From the NCBI GenBank assembly GCA_964035545.1, contig OZ037768.1, positions 19,327,700-19,391,699 of the forward strand: a stretch of 64,000 nucleotides of DNA, given 5' to 3'. The translations under genes were made by a program, and so were the position numbers. The DNA is from Bugula neritina. Taxonomy: Eukaryota; Animalia; Bryozoa. Shown here one piece after another: positions 36,836 to 53,311 of the stretch (within the stretch, counting starts at the first letter, position 1; every line of letters starts with the position of its first letter). Below the pieces are notes generated by a model, which saw nothing but the letters and a program-made list of their open reading frames with translations, was not told the DNA's origin and ran no database searches.

Positions 36836-37582
36836 AATCAAGAAAATATATACGTTTTAAAATTATTCTCAACTTCCTTTTTAGAAATAATATTATAAAA
36901 AATCTATATGTATAGCAATTTCAATCAGTTTGATTTTTAGTTTAATTTTGCTGCATAAGAAGTCATGAAGTTTATTTTCTATTTATATGCATGTTTTTAT
37001 TATAATTTTCAAGTTATGGGTTTTTTCATAAGCTAAAATCGCTCATCAATAATTGTTTCACATATAATCAATAATTATATTCAAAAGATGACTTATATCA
37101 TAAATTACACCAATGAGAGCCCAGGTTCACACATTCAAAACTAAACAACTATTATAAAAAATTACTAAGATACAGATTATTATAGGCTACTGATGCGCCA
37201 CAAAAAGAGTATGATATATAACTAGTTTCATAGCATACTCTTTTTGTGAAGCATCAGTAGAATAATGTGTATGCATACAAAAGATAACATAACACTGATT
37301 TGTCCAAAAAATTAGGTACACATGCACTGTTAATAAAAGTAAAAAACATAAAATAGCGACTATAGCATTTTAAGCTGCATTGCAAAGCACTTCATTAAAA
37401 CAAAATAAGTTTGTTTAATAGCTGAACCTAAGAACAAGCATATCGGTGGTGTATATAGTAAGCCATGGCTATTGCATTTAGCAGCAAAATGGTACTAAGA
37501 GAAAGTCTACTGTTTACAAGACTGAAAACTATAATAACACTGGACAAAAGTTCTCATACTATTTTCATTGGTTAAAACACAA

Positions 37583-41434
<3,852 letters not shown>

Positions 41435-42966
41435 AATTAAAAATGATGACGAAAGAGACTGTATGTTTAATCCGGTTTGTTTGCTGTGTGTCTTGTACAA
41501 TCTAACAAATATTTCTGATGAACAGTATTATTATAATTATTGAATTACTGCTACCAGAAACCGGACAAAGTGGAGATAGGTGAGAATTATAATTATTGAA
41601 TTTAGTATTATATAGAATATGGTTATTCAGTGTGACCAATAATTCAACTGTGAGTCTACACTCAGCAGGTAATGGCCATTTCCTGGCAGTTTGTTTATAT
41701 ATTCTCAAACATCCCAATAGATCAACACTACCAAGTTATACAGAAGCATCTAAATGAAATTTTATATAGGCTAGGAGTAACAGCAATTGGTTTATCACAA
41801 AGAATGCGTATAATTACGTATAATTAGAGATTATGACAGAATGGATTTTATCTTCACATGTCATTGTGCTGCTGTGTAGTATTAACATTCAGCTAGGTTT
41901 TATAATATAATGCAACAGTTTTCAATGATTATTGAATTTTTCGTTATGAATATATTATATGGTATGGTTATTTGCATTAGATGAAGCTTCATTTTGAATT
42001 GAATAATTTTATTTCTAAAAGATTTTTAGCAGTTTTTTTTACACAACACATCTAACAAGACTAAGGTACAAAAACAACAATAAAATCTAATTAGACAAAA
42101 CTGGTGGTCATTTATTTGTGTGTAATTTACATTATATATAACATATATGCACGTACAAATATTTATTTATTAATTTTAAATTCAAGCTCTATAATATTCC
42201 TGCACGTTATGATATATGATATATACAACAGATTCTTGTTCAAGTGATATGTGAAGACTGTCATTATAGACATATTATATACTGTAACTAATAATACCTA
42301 ACTCTTTAACAAAAATTACATTATTTTCCGTGCAATAATGAATGAACAAACTATATGTTTAAACTTTACTTGTACAAACCAATTAGAATTACTGCATGTC
42401 TCCTTAATTACCAGCTTCAAGCTATCAAGCAGAACTCTTTTGCTTCTTCTTTTTGTACTCCTTTTTTTCCTTATCGTAAGATTTTTTAATTTTTTCTTTT
42501 ACTTTCTACATTTACTATTAGAAGCAATAAATTGAAAACAACAGGTAAAAAAAGTTTGCTTTATTCGCAGAAAAATAATTGCATTATTTGGAATGAAAAT
42601 TAGGCTTTTTGTGTGTTTCTCATTTTTACCAAAAGAATTTGTAATTTAAATTTATTGTATAAACAGCTTCTACATTAGCTACAGAAAACACATGTCTATA
42701 ATGTCTGATACTGCTTATTTATTTTTTGAACCATGAGTTTCAGTAGATAGAAAGTGTCAATTAATGTTGATAGTGAAATAATGTATATTATCTTTTATTC
42801 TTGTAAATTATGTTCAAAAATATACAAAAATATATTTTTGCACAACATCATCAATCAGCTAGATACTTAATATGACTTGTAACTTTTTAGTTTTCAAGTA
42901 TAGGTAAGGCAGTTCAGTTATCTATTATTGTTTTTTTTTATTAAAATCATCAAAGTGTATATTATT

Positions 42967-43026
42967 ACCAAAGCTGTTACACATGGTAATTTTATATATA
43001 AAATCACCATGTGTAACAGCTTTGGT
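42967..43026. repeat. 60-bp near-perfect palindrome
   Basis: ACCAAAGCTGTTACACATGGT-A-ATTTTATA|TATAAAAT-C-ACCATGTGTAACAGCTTTGGT, one mismatch. Confidence 0.9.
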
Positions 43027-46000
43027 TTTACGGAGAAGGATTCTATTTGCAAAAAAGAAATTTAATATTATCATCATTGATATATGCAATACCTGCAGCT
43101 GCTTATGAAATCATATATAAAGCTATCATGCCCTGTAAACATTATATGTATATACATTATATATATGCATGGATGTGCCAGAAATGGTTTAGTGGATTGA
43201 TTAGCAACAAGCATAAAACAATATCCTTAGCTTCTGGATTTATTGCTCTGACTTTGACTTGTACCTTATATAAGAAAATGGTTTCATGCTGTATACAGAA
43301 ACATATACATAGGTAACCTTTAAATATGCAATATCCACAAAAAAAACTTCGAAATTATAACAACACTTACAAATATCAGCTCCTTTAAACCTTTTCCTGG
43401 CGAGTGAAACTACTAACAATCATAATACAAACTAAAGAGAGTCATGTACCAGCTAAAAATAAACAATTAACAAAAAGCCAAAAATTAGCCCACCAAACTG
43501 CAAAAGCTAACAGCATAATTTCAATAGAATATTGGCAATAAGCCAGGATGATCTCTCTGCATGGCACAATATTATATATGGACAAGAATATATTAAGGAA
43601 CAAGCATATTATTGCAACACAGAAGCTCTTATATTATATGATGCTCCAATAATGAGTTTTGGCCTTGACTGATGACGAGTTGAAGAATTTTTCTATCTTC
43701 ATATATGAAAGTATCCAGACACTTGGGTTTATATTTCCAATCAAATCCTTGATATATTATGAAAACCAGCATGTAGCAAAAACCAAAACAAATGACTTTT
43801 GAACCTTATTATACCTAATTGAGACATTAAGTACGGGTAAGACTAAATGAGCAGACAGGATGCATTAGAGTCAGCTTTAGCTAAATCTGCAAACAATTGA
43901 ATTTGTAAACTTGCAAAACCTACAATTTAGAACCTATAAAAAGAAATCAATACATTACTATAATTATTATACGTAATCAAAGCGGTCTTACCTAAATAAG
44001 CATTACTTTTGTATAATTTCTGCTGGATAGAAAGTTTATACAACGATGCTAATAGTTGCTCATCAAATCAAATACGTTTTAGCTCAACTACAACTTTTTT
44101 TGAAAAAATTAATATTTTTATAATCAAGATATTTATTGATCATTAGTAGGTTTCACACTGCAAAAGCTGGTAAACTGACAAAAAGTATTTTTCAGTGACC
44201 ATATGAAAATAAAATTTCATGCTAAGAAAAATCAATTATTATGTTTTTATGATACTTTATTGAAGTATTAAAATTTTTAAACTACGTCAAACATGCTGAA
44301 TGAAAAGCTCTGCTAAATTTCCGTTGCTACTCTCCATTCACGGAAATATAGCTAATCAAATAAAATAAGGGCTTTCATATAGTTAGTAAACAAATCCTCA
44401 CTTATCCATATATTTTCAATAGAGAGCTGCATTCTATGACTACTCTACATTTCTGATAGACTGCCCTCTATATATTTACAATAATAATATATTATAGTTT
44501 ATAGATTAATAGTAAACGTTTATAATGAACTGTCACAAAAGCAGCCCTTCACCATTATGAGAAAGTGCAATATCAAGTTGAGAAAGTAACTCCAAACTGT
44601 GGCAATACTAGCCAGTTCTAATCAAACTAAATAATATAATATGCTGTAACTACACGTGGGTGATGAAATTGCCATATTGAGAATATATTGATCCAAGATA
44701 TGCACTGAGGAGACAACTTCAATATATGGATATATTTTCAACCATGTGATATGTGAGATGAGTGTAAAAGTGAGTATGATGTTAGACAGAGTAAGCAGTG
44801 AGTTTTAGTATAATATATAATATAATACATGAGTATAAGCTATAGTGAGTGTAACCAGCAGAAGGGACAGTCTAGTAAGTAGCTAGTAATGTGACTCACT
44901 ACTTTATATACATGGCAGTGGTGTAGGGGAGCAGTATATAATATATCAGTCCAGTGGGGGGTGTATCCACCCCTGGACATTACACAGACCAGATGATGAT
45001 ACCTGTATTAATATACTGTTGAACCAGTGAATGGTTTACTCTTTAGAATACTGCGGAGAATGACCATGTAACTATAATAGAAGATAACTCTAAGACTAAA
45101 CACTATTTTAAAGATACCATTCATATATTAGAGAACATGTGCCCATAACTCTCAATCAGTAAACAGAAACAGTGAAACACTGAATTTATGTCTCATATAA
45201 GTAAGTCACTAGACTAGTAAAAGGAAAGTGTGGTAATTGCTACACATAATTAGTTTGTTTATGCTAAAAGTAAACAAAGGAATAAAATTATCTAGTTGTA
45301 TCAAATGTTTGAGTGTTTTCGAAGTATTTATGACTTTTCGATGAAATATCAAAATTTTCCCTTCACTTCTGAAACTCTCAATACTTTATAGCACTCAAAG
45401 TCCAACTATTGTATTTATTATATTTACAACTTTATAGAGTTGGTGGCACCACCTGTAGAGCATGGTCACATGACTATACTGCTGCCTTCCAGACAGCATA
45501 ACTCTTGTATGTAGTGACATCATACTTAGTCTAGTTACTCATCAAATACTCTCATAATATTTAGTGTGAATTATTCTATTATAGTATTCCAGAGTAAACT
45601 CTGAATCATAGAGTTGTACTTATAATAGATGAAACTTTACTAAATGACAGAATATGAAGAATCAGGGATGTTATATGATATATTATGTAATAAATTATAC
45701 TATACTAATTTATTCTAATAAATATATCACATATTAGTTGTCTTTAGACATTAAAACAGTCCATAGAGTTGATATAACTTGGTGAAATAGTGCTAAGTAT
45801 ACATTAAGTCACAGTGACTAGTGAGTAACAGTTGTTGTGACATGACTGTGTAAGTCATCTCTCATACATTCATAATAGTAGTGATGTAAACATTCTTAAT
45901 TGTCAAATATAGCTGGTTATTATCTAAAGTAGCAGGCTGGAGTATTGTATAAATTAATATTGCATATATAGTGGGGGTGCCAACATGCAAAAATGGGCGG

Positions 46001-47928
46001 GTGGAGCACATCAATACTAACCTTTGTTGCTATATATCACTGCAAAGCCAACATTCTACTGATCTCAGATCTACAAGTACCTTTTTTGTATCTCTGGGGG
46101 GTTCACTCGTGAGAGGGGTGGATATACAGGGGTTCAGCATTTTTCAAGGGGGGACTATGGAACTCTAAATATTTAATTTTCTGAGTAGTTTAGGTTTGAC
46201 ATTAAAAATATTTTCAAGAAATGTTGTACACATATGAAACTTTCTCTAACAAAAGTTTTGACCAAAAATAAAAAAGTGGGCGGAGCCTATAATATGACAA
46301 ACTACTTTTTTGCATATACCGGATATTTTCTAAACTGCTACTTTTCTGTTCTAGCATTTAGAATGTTGATTTTTGGTATGAAAATACTCTATTGTGTTCT
46401 AATAATGCTCTCTAGTTTTCATCACATTTTGAACTATATAACTTCTTTCCCAACCATGACAAATAAATTATTATTGCATTTCTACCCAAAAATATTGCTC
46501 TTTGTTGATAGGAACAACATCAGCATGATAAAAATCTATTCTTAGTGTATTTATATTAGCTTATTGACTTATTTTGAATAATTGATTACGATCAATACTA
46601 TTAAGTATTAATATTCAATATTTACTGTATAAATTGAGTGTCAGAAATAATTAACAGACCACTAATATTCGATTTTTTTATTCATAAGTATTATAACATA
46701 AAATATGGTTCATTAATGAAAAAGTAATATTATAATTTCAGCATCACAAGCAATTACTATGCTCTTTTATATCAGATATTGGTAGACCTTTTTAATTGTA
46801 TTTATTTATAAATAAGATAGTATTTAAATTTTAGTTCACAATAGATCAAGCTTTGTTACAAAGTTTTGTTATCTCTAGCATTTATATACCAAATTAAATA
46901 GATCATAATTCTTCATCAGAACTGTGCTTGTTGCCATCATCATCATAATCAGGCTTTTTGTTTGAAAAAGAAGACTGGCCACTTTTATTGTTGCAATCGA
47001 AACATTCACATAAACCACAGCATTTCACCATCAGGCGCTTGCATTTGCATGCTTTACTCTTACAGCCGGCTTTTTTGTATTTACATGCTGTTAAAATCAC
47101 ATCTGCGTTGCTCTCAAAATCATATTTTATTGGAGTGAAGTTAGTATCCCAACCATGGTCAAAAATTGGCTGATGAAGTAAAATAGGTGTTAAAGCAAGT
47201 TGCCAAAGTGTAACTTGATAATTAGCTCATTTCACGTGATATTTTAGGGAATTCCTACTAGGTGGTAGCTATGCTTCACTGGAGACATTTTTTAAAGCCA
47301 ATATTTTATATCTTGCTTCAGTGATATTGTTATATTTTTCAGAATTAGGGTTGATATGCAATCCAGAGAGTCTAATTACTTGTTATAGAACTGCACCAGG
47401 ATAAGTCGAGTGAACGAGTATATATTTTAAACACACTGATACATTACAAAAACGATACAAATACATTTGACAATTCACACATCTAGACTATTCAGCACTC
47501 TAACTTCGACTGACTAACAGCGGGAAAACTATTACTGCTACTAACTAATCCGAAGCCGCTAATTGGCTATCCATTGTTCCGGGTCAATTACACGACCCTA
47601 TATACTGTGCTGCTGGTAGCTCCACGAGCCACCACACCGCCCCCACCAGCAGAAAGCCCTCTTTCTGATATAAAAAAAAACATTCATCATTAACCACATA
47701 CATCAGTAGACCAAAAGATAATACATAACACATATAAAGATATCTAATAACAGACAGAGTCATTATAACAGCAAGTTACATACAATTGGCCAGCTATAGA
47801 GGAGGAATACCGGCTAGCTGTAGTATTGGACAAAGAGTCGGCCTGTCGAGCAGTCAAGCATTTACATGATAGTCTTGGGTCTCCCAAGAGGACGAAGTTG
47901 TGGATTATTCCGGGTAGCAGAACCAGAG

Positions 47929-48735
47929 TCAATGTTGGGCACGCCGATGTTTGGCTTGGCATGTACGTAGCTTCTGTTTAATCCGGCCCACTGATCCTTT
48001 CAGTTGGAAGAGCCCCGTCGTGGTATTGAGCAGGTCTGGTGCTAACTGGGTAAATTCCTCTTGCAGTCGGAGGAGACGTTCCTCTACTGTGGCCAGGCGA
48101 GCAGGGTCTGGGGACGGTGTCCGTCTGCGGCGCAGAGGGGGACTGGGAGACCTGGTTCGTCTCTTCGTCGGGGTCGGGGAGACCTCTCCTTCTTCGGGGT
48201 AGGAAAGCTCCTCGGGGGTGTACGCAATCTGAGGGCGGTCAGATACCAATGGGGATTGTTGCCTGGCATAGTCTAATACGCGTTGGAAACCCGAGGTCAG
48301 GACGGCTAACAACATTGCCTTCTTTACTAGAGGTCGTATCAGAGTGAGGAATTCTGGATAGAGCTTGGCATCCACCACGTAATTCTCTCCGGAGAAACAG
48401 CCCGTCGCTCGATGTCTGGTGACGGGGTAGGGGTAGACATCATTGTATCCGCAGGGGCAGAATGTCAGTAAGAGATGGGCATTGACATGTAGCTTCAGGG
48501 AGCGGTGAGAGGCACATTCTTCGCCACAAATCTGGCACCGCGTCCGTCCTCTGGACCCCCAGGCCGTTTCTATCTGCTCCTCTGTTTCTGGAGACACCCA
48601 CCGCCAACGGCGGCGCAGTGGCTCGGGCCGGTCACCATTGGCATACTCCTCAGGATGCGGAGCGGGAAGTGCTCTATCCCGTACCCTGGTTGTAGCGGGT
48701 CGAGTGTAATCCCACGATCTGTTGTCGTAAGACAT
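47929..48735 (-). CDS. Accessory ORF3 of element 3: C2H2 zinc finger, CPC..H..C module, Arg/Ser-Pro tract, coiled coil
   Basis: 268 aa, ATG-initiated: CQIC-x12-HVNAH, FCPCGY..H....C, KRRTRSPSPPLRRRRTPSP, RLATVEERLLRLQEEFTQL. No signal peptide or TM segment evident. Confidence 0.85.
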   Translation of the reverse strand: MSYDNRSWDYTRPATTRVRDRALPAPHPEEYANGDRPEPLRRRWRWVSPETEEQIETAWGSRGRTRCQICGEECASHRSLKLHVNAHLLLTFCPCGYNDVYPYPVTRHRATGCFSGENYVVDAKLYPEFLTLIRPLVKKAMLLAVLTSGFQRVLDYARQQSPLVSDRPQIAYTPEELSYPEEGEVSPTPTKRRTRSPSPPLRRRRTPSPDPARLATVEERLLRLQEEFTQLAPDLLNTTTGLFQLKGSVGRIKQKLRTCQAKHRRAQH

Positions 48736-48758
48736 ACTGAATTGTGAAATGGTTCGAA

Positions 48759-51700
48759 CTACTGCTTAGGAACACGTCTACTCTTGACTGCATCAGCGTA
48801 TGAAAAGATCGAGCAACGTGGTTGGGGTGCGTGAGTAAGACTTTGTGCACCCGGCGGATGAATTTTGTTTCTATTTCCGCCGATACAAAAGTTGATATTT
48901 CCGTGGTGTTGACAACTTCCACATTTGCTCGATACTTTTCTCGTACAGTTTTCCCTTAGACTTTCATACGCGCCGCTTTTAACGCAGTCGCATACGAAGT
49001 CCTTCAAATATGCGGGGGTTGCCTCGTACGCTGTCCCCTTTCTAGGGGGGGTGACACGCTCGCCGGTTCGTTAGCAGGGGCCTCTAATGGCGTCTCTACT
49101 TCACCGTTGGCGGTCACTTCTTCTTGTTCTCCGGATGGAGCCCCTCCCTCCGTGGGGTTTTGCACTTCCGGAACCGGCTCGGTTTCTGGAAGTGATGGAA
49201 TTAGACTTGGCGGCGGCGGACACGCTTCTGTTGGCAAAAGCTGTCGCTCTTCTCTCACCAAGTCTTCCTCCCGCGGTATGACCACTTCATATTCAGGTCC
49301 ATGCCGCCGTCGCCCGCGTGTTGTTGTCTGCCTCCTGGGCTCCAACAACGGGGGGGCTTCTCCCACTGCGTCGGGGCTAGCCCAATACGGCTTCAAGCGA
49401 GACTCATTCTGGATAGACACCTGTCCTGAGCGCTCAATCTTGTACGTATGGTTGGGCATAGCCTCGACGATCACATAGGGTCCCACGAACTTAGGCTGTA
49501 ACTTAGCCGCCTGTCCGCGACGCCTACGGTAATTGACCATCCACACCTTATCCCCTGTTTGGTAGAGGGGTGGTTCCTCGGAATCTTCGTGTCGCACCTT
49601 CCACTGCTGTTCGCGCAGTATATCGTGTGCGGCCTTCATCCGTTCCACTAGCTCACTGGCATACTCGTGAATCGAGTTGTCTAGCTCTGGAACGTGGTAA
49701 GTGAGATGGTCAGGTACCCGGGTCTCTCTCCCGAGCATCAAGAGGTTTGGGGTCTCACCAGTACTGGTGTGTGGGGTGCTACGGTATGCACGCATGACCT
49801 GCGGCAACACCGTGTCCCATTTCTCTTGACTGCGTCCAAGGAGAAGACTCCGGAGCGCATCACCTAGCATCCGGTTGTTGCGCTCCACCACCCCATTACC
49901 TTGGGGGTGATAGGGGGTGGTCCTGCTCTGATTTACTCCCCAGAGGCGGCAAAGGTCGCTCATCAGTTGAGACTGGAATTGAGCGCCTTGATCAGAGTGT
50001 ATCTGTTCGGGAAGACCGAAATAACAGAATACATGTTGGTCTAGTACCCTGGCCACTGTTGGGGCTGATGCATCTGGGATAGCCAGAGCATCCGCCCACC
50101 TAGTAAAGTGGTCGGTTAATACCAAGATCCAACTATTGCCTCTGGGGGTCAGGTCAACAGCTACCACTTGCCACGGCCTGCCAGCATATAGCCTCCGCCG
50201 TCCCGCTTCACCAGGGAGACGGCCATGCTTGCTGGCCTGGCAGATTTCGCACTGCTTTACTCTGAGCCGGACATCCCGCCCCATTTTGGGCCAATACCAC
50301 CGGAGTTGTAATTTGGAGATCACTCTCTTGACCCCTGCATGGGCCTGTTTGTGAGTGTCCCAGATTAACTCACGGCGTATGGCACTGGGGCAGACCACCC
50401 TTTTCCTCTCCGGGTGTCTGCCGTTGGCAGCTAGAGAGATGGTCAATAGACCATCCTGCCCGATCCTCAGCGAGTCCCAACGCTGGCAGAGTAGCCGGAA
50501 CTCGGCGCATCCCTGCCGTATGCGTTCCTCGTTGGGTCGTCGCCCGTCCTTTTTAGCCCGATATATGTCTGCCACTACCCCAGGCAACTCTTCTTGGAGC
50601 TTCTTCAGCTCCTGGACATTATCGGCCAATACAGGATTGGCGCGGAGGTTCTGTACAACCTCCGGGGACTCGTCAACCTCCTGCCTGAGTTGACCCTGGT
50701 CCCAGTCAAACGGTGCTCCGTGGTGAGCCAATGTCTCCAACTCGCATCGCGGGGGACCTCCGTCCCTCCTCTCGATGTTGAGACACTGTTTGCAACCTCT
50801 ATCAGGTCGGCGGCTCAAACCATCCGCATTGCTGTGTCTCTTGCCCGGTCGATGTTCGATCCGGTACGAGAATTCAGCTAGGATTTCGAGCCACCAGGCG
50901 ACCTGACTGGAGGGCTCTGCTCTCCTGCACAACCAGATCAGCGAGGCATGATCCGTACGCAGCCGGAACTTCCTGCCGTATAAGTATGGTCTGAAGTGCT
51001 TTACTGACTTAATTACTGCCAGCAGCTCCTTGCGGGTAGTGCAGTAATTTCGTTCAGCGGGTGAGAGAGACTTACTGTAGTAGGCTACTACTACCTCTCG
51101 GCCTTCCTGCACTTGAGACAGCACAGCGCCAACATTTTGGTCACTGGCGTCAGTGTCGAGGATGTACTCCAGAGTGGGGTCTGGGTAGGCCAAGATGGGC
51201 GCCGTTAGTAGGCAGCCCTTGAGGCGGTCGAACGCTCCTTGTTCGACTGGGGTCCACTGCCACGTCACTCCCTTTGCGGTGAGCCGGTTTAACGGCTGTG
51301 CTATGCCCGCAAAGTCTGGTATGTATTGCCTGTAATACCCTACCAGCCCCAAGAAAGCCCGGAGTCCGGTCAAGTCTTGGGGGGTGACCCAGTCTTCTAT
51401 CGCCCGTACCTTTTCGGGATCCGTTGCCACGCCGTTTCGACCGACAACGTGCCCCAGGTACTTGACCTCCGGCTGCAATAGAGCGCACTTGGAAGGTTTG
51501 AGCTTAAGACCGGCACCTCGGAGTCTCTCGAAGACCTCTTGCAGACGACGGACATGCGTCTCGAAGTCTGGGGAGATCACGATGACATCATCGAGGTAGA
51601 CCAGCAGTGTCTTCCAATGGAGCCCGCTAAGGACTTGTTCCATCAGCCTCTGGAAGGTGGCTGGGGCGGAGGTTAGCCCGAAAGGCAACACCTTCCACTT

Positions 51701-52162
51701 CCACAAACCGTCCCGTGTGATAAACGCCGCTTTCTCCTGGGCGTCGGGACTCAGAGGAACTTGCCAATAGCCACTCAGCAAGTCTAACATACTGAAGTAC
51801 TTGCTGCCGGCTAGGGCGTCCAATGACTCGTCAATACGAGGTAGAGGATAGGCGTCCTGTATGGTTACGCTATTGAGTTTGCGGTAATCCACACAGAACC
51901 GCCAACTGCCGTCTTTCTTCCAGACCAGTACGACCGGCGAGCTCCACGCACTATGGGCGGGCTCTATCAGTCCCCGGTCCAGAAGATCCCGTACTTGTCG
52001 GCTAACCTCCTTCTCTTTTGCCGGCCCCAGCCTACGTGTGGGTTGCCGGACAGGGACTGTCCCTGCAGTCAGCGGTATTTCGTGTCTGACAACTCCAGTC
52101 AGCCCCACGTCCTGATCTCCGCTGCTGAACACATCACCGTAGTCGCGTAGTAACTTCGCCAT
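48759..52162 (-). CDS. pol: RT, RNase H and integrase part of element 3 pol (ORF 49004-52162 plus frameshifted tail to 48759)
   Basis: LPFGLTSAPATFQR and YLDD RT; DTDASD, RTDHASL RNase H; HKQAH..CEIC, HSDQGAQF, GVVER integrase. Restoring 1 bp near 49012 gives RQPPAYLKDFV and extends the frame to 48759. Confidence 0.93.
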
Positions 52163-52165
52163 AGC

Positions 52166-53311
52166 TTAGCGTTCTTTGTTACTCGCGCAGCCGCCACAGG
52201 CTGTATCATACAACTCCCGGAGATGTGCTGGGACTGTTCCTCGCCCTTGAGTAGGGCACCGAGGGAATGCCTCCGTCGCATCACCCAGCGACGGGCCCAC
52301 GTCCCCCTCCTGAACAGAGTGAAAACGGCCCAGCATAGCCCCAGCCGGAAGCTTGACAGACTCGGTAAAGGGGTTGACGCACTGCACTAAGTTCTCCCCT
52401 TGCTCAGTCAGCTGATTCAGACTGCTGGCAAGTTGGATCTTTTCGTGCGCGCCTTCAACTACCCTGAGTCCAGAGATCCGGCTATTGTTCACCCTGCAGT
52501 GAATGGTAGCCCGGGAGCGGCCTGGTATGGTACGGTTGCGTACCACCTGCACACCTCCCACCGAAGAGCGGCCGAACTTGTCGACGCAGGCGAGTTCTCG
52601 CCCGGACATCATCATCGCAGATTTACTAAAATCGATGTGACATCCGTGCCGTTTTAGGAATGGCATCCCGAGGATGGCGTCCTCCTTGAGCTGACTGACG
52701 ATGAACGTCTCTTGGATCGTTTGATCACGGACTCGTCCCGCCAGCTCATTTATACCATAGAAGGGAAAGCACGACCCGTCAGCTAGGGTGCCATACTCCC
52801 CCTCGTATGGTTCCATCTCGCCCCTGACCCTAGCACTGAGGGTGTCGAAGAGTTGGCGGCTTAAGAGGTTCGTGGTACAGCCTGAATCAATGAGGAAAGT
52901 AACAGCTTTGCCTTCCAGTTTACTGGGCAAGAAATAGCTGTTCCCATGGGGCTGCACCTGAACTCTCTCTTCAGGCCTTACTCTCGCAGGGAGTACCTCC
53001 CTCGCTTTGGGTCGCGAAGGAGGTCTCTTGGGATGGTGGTAGGTGGGCCTCGGAGTTGCCGAGGCTAGATTTCCGGCTACTTTTGTTGGCTCCCATCCAG
53101 ATTCTTGGGCCGGTAGCCCTTCGAATCGATTGTGGAGGGGCATGGAAAAGGTAGCGGCGGGGCGGAGCCCCTTGCTGGTCCGTCGTGGCTGTTGCCACTG
53201 TTGGTTACCAGTACGCGGTGCCCGTCTGGGTGATCTGCGTTTCTTCTTCCCTGGAGGTTTCATCGTCGGCCCGCAGGAGGTGGGAACATCTGCGGGCCGC
53301 GGTAGTTTAAC
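52166..53311 (-). CDS. Transframe peptide and aspartic protease of element 3
   Basis: FLIDSGCTTNLL and EDAILGMPFL. In the -1 frame relative to gag and in frame with RT, separated from it by one TAA (52166-52168). Confidence 0.88.
   Translation of the reverse strand, partial: VKLPRPADVPTSCGPTMKPPGKKKRRSPRRAPRTGNQQWQQPRRTSKGLRPAATFSMPLHNRFEGLPAQESGWEPTKVAGNLASATPRPTYHHPKRPPSRPKAREVLPARVRPEERVQVQPHGNSYFLPSKLEGKAVTFLIDSGCTTNLLSRQLFDTLSARVRGEMEPYEGEYGTLADGSCFPFYGINELAGRVRDQTIQETFIVSQLKEDAILGMPFLKRHGCHIDFSKSAMMMSGRELACVDKFGRSSVGGVQVVRNRTIPGRSRATIHCRVNNSRISGLRVVEGAHEKIQLASSLNQLTEQGENLVQCVNPFTESVKLPAGAMLGRFHSVQEGDVGPSLGDATEAFPRCPTQGRGTVPAHLRELYDTACGGCASNKER

Noticed and set aside
45971-46545. Duplicated small ORFs (also 57703-58280)
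   Set aside because: They recur only because they lie in the inverted repeat; no coding signature.
47929-48735. ORF3 as an envelope gene
   Set aside because: No signal peptide or transmembrane anchor. The same holds for the SGNH ORF.
48674-48922. Separate 82-aa overlapping ORF
   Set aside because: The equivalent frame in element 2 closes early with tandem stops; the pol-tail frame is the one open in both.
52160-52170. Second programmed readthrough site in element 3
   Set aside because: UAA-G is an efficient stop context and the copy has other lesions, so a nonsense mutation is more likely, though untested.
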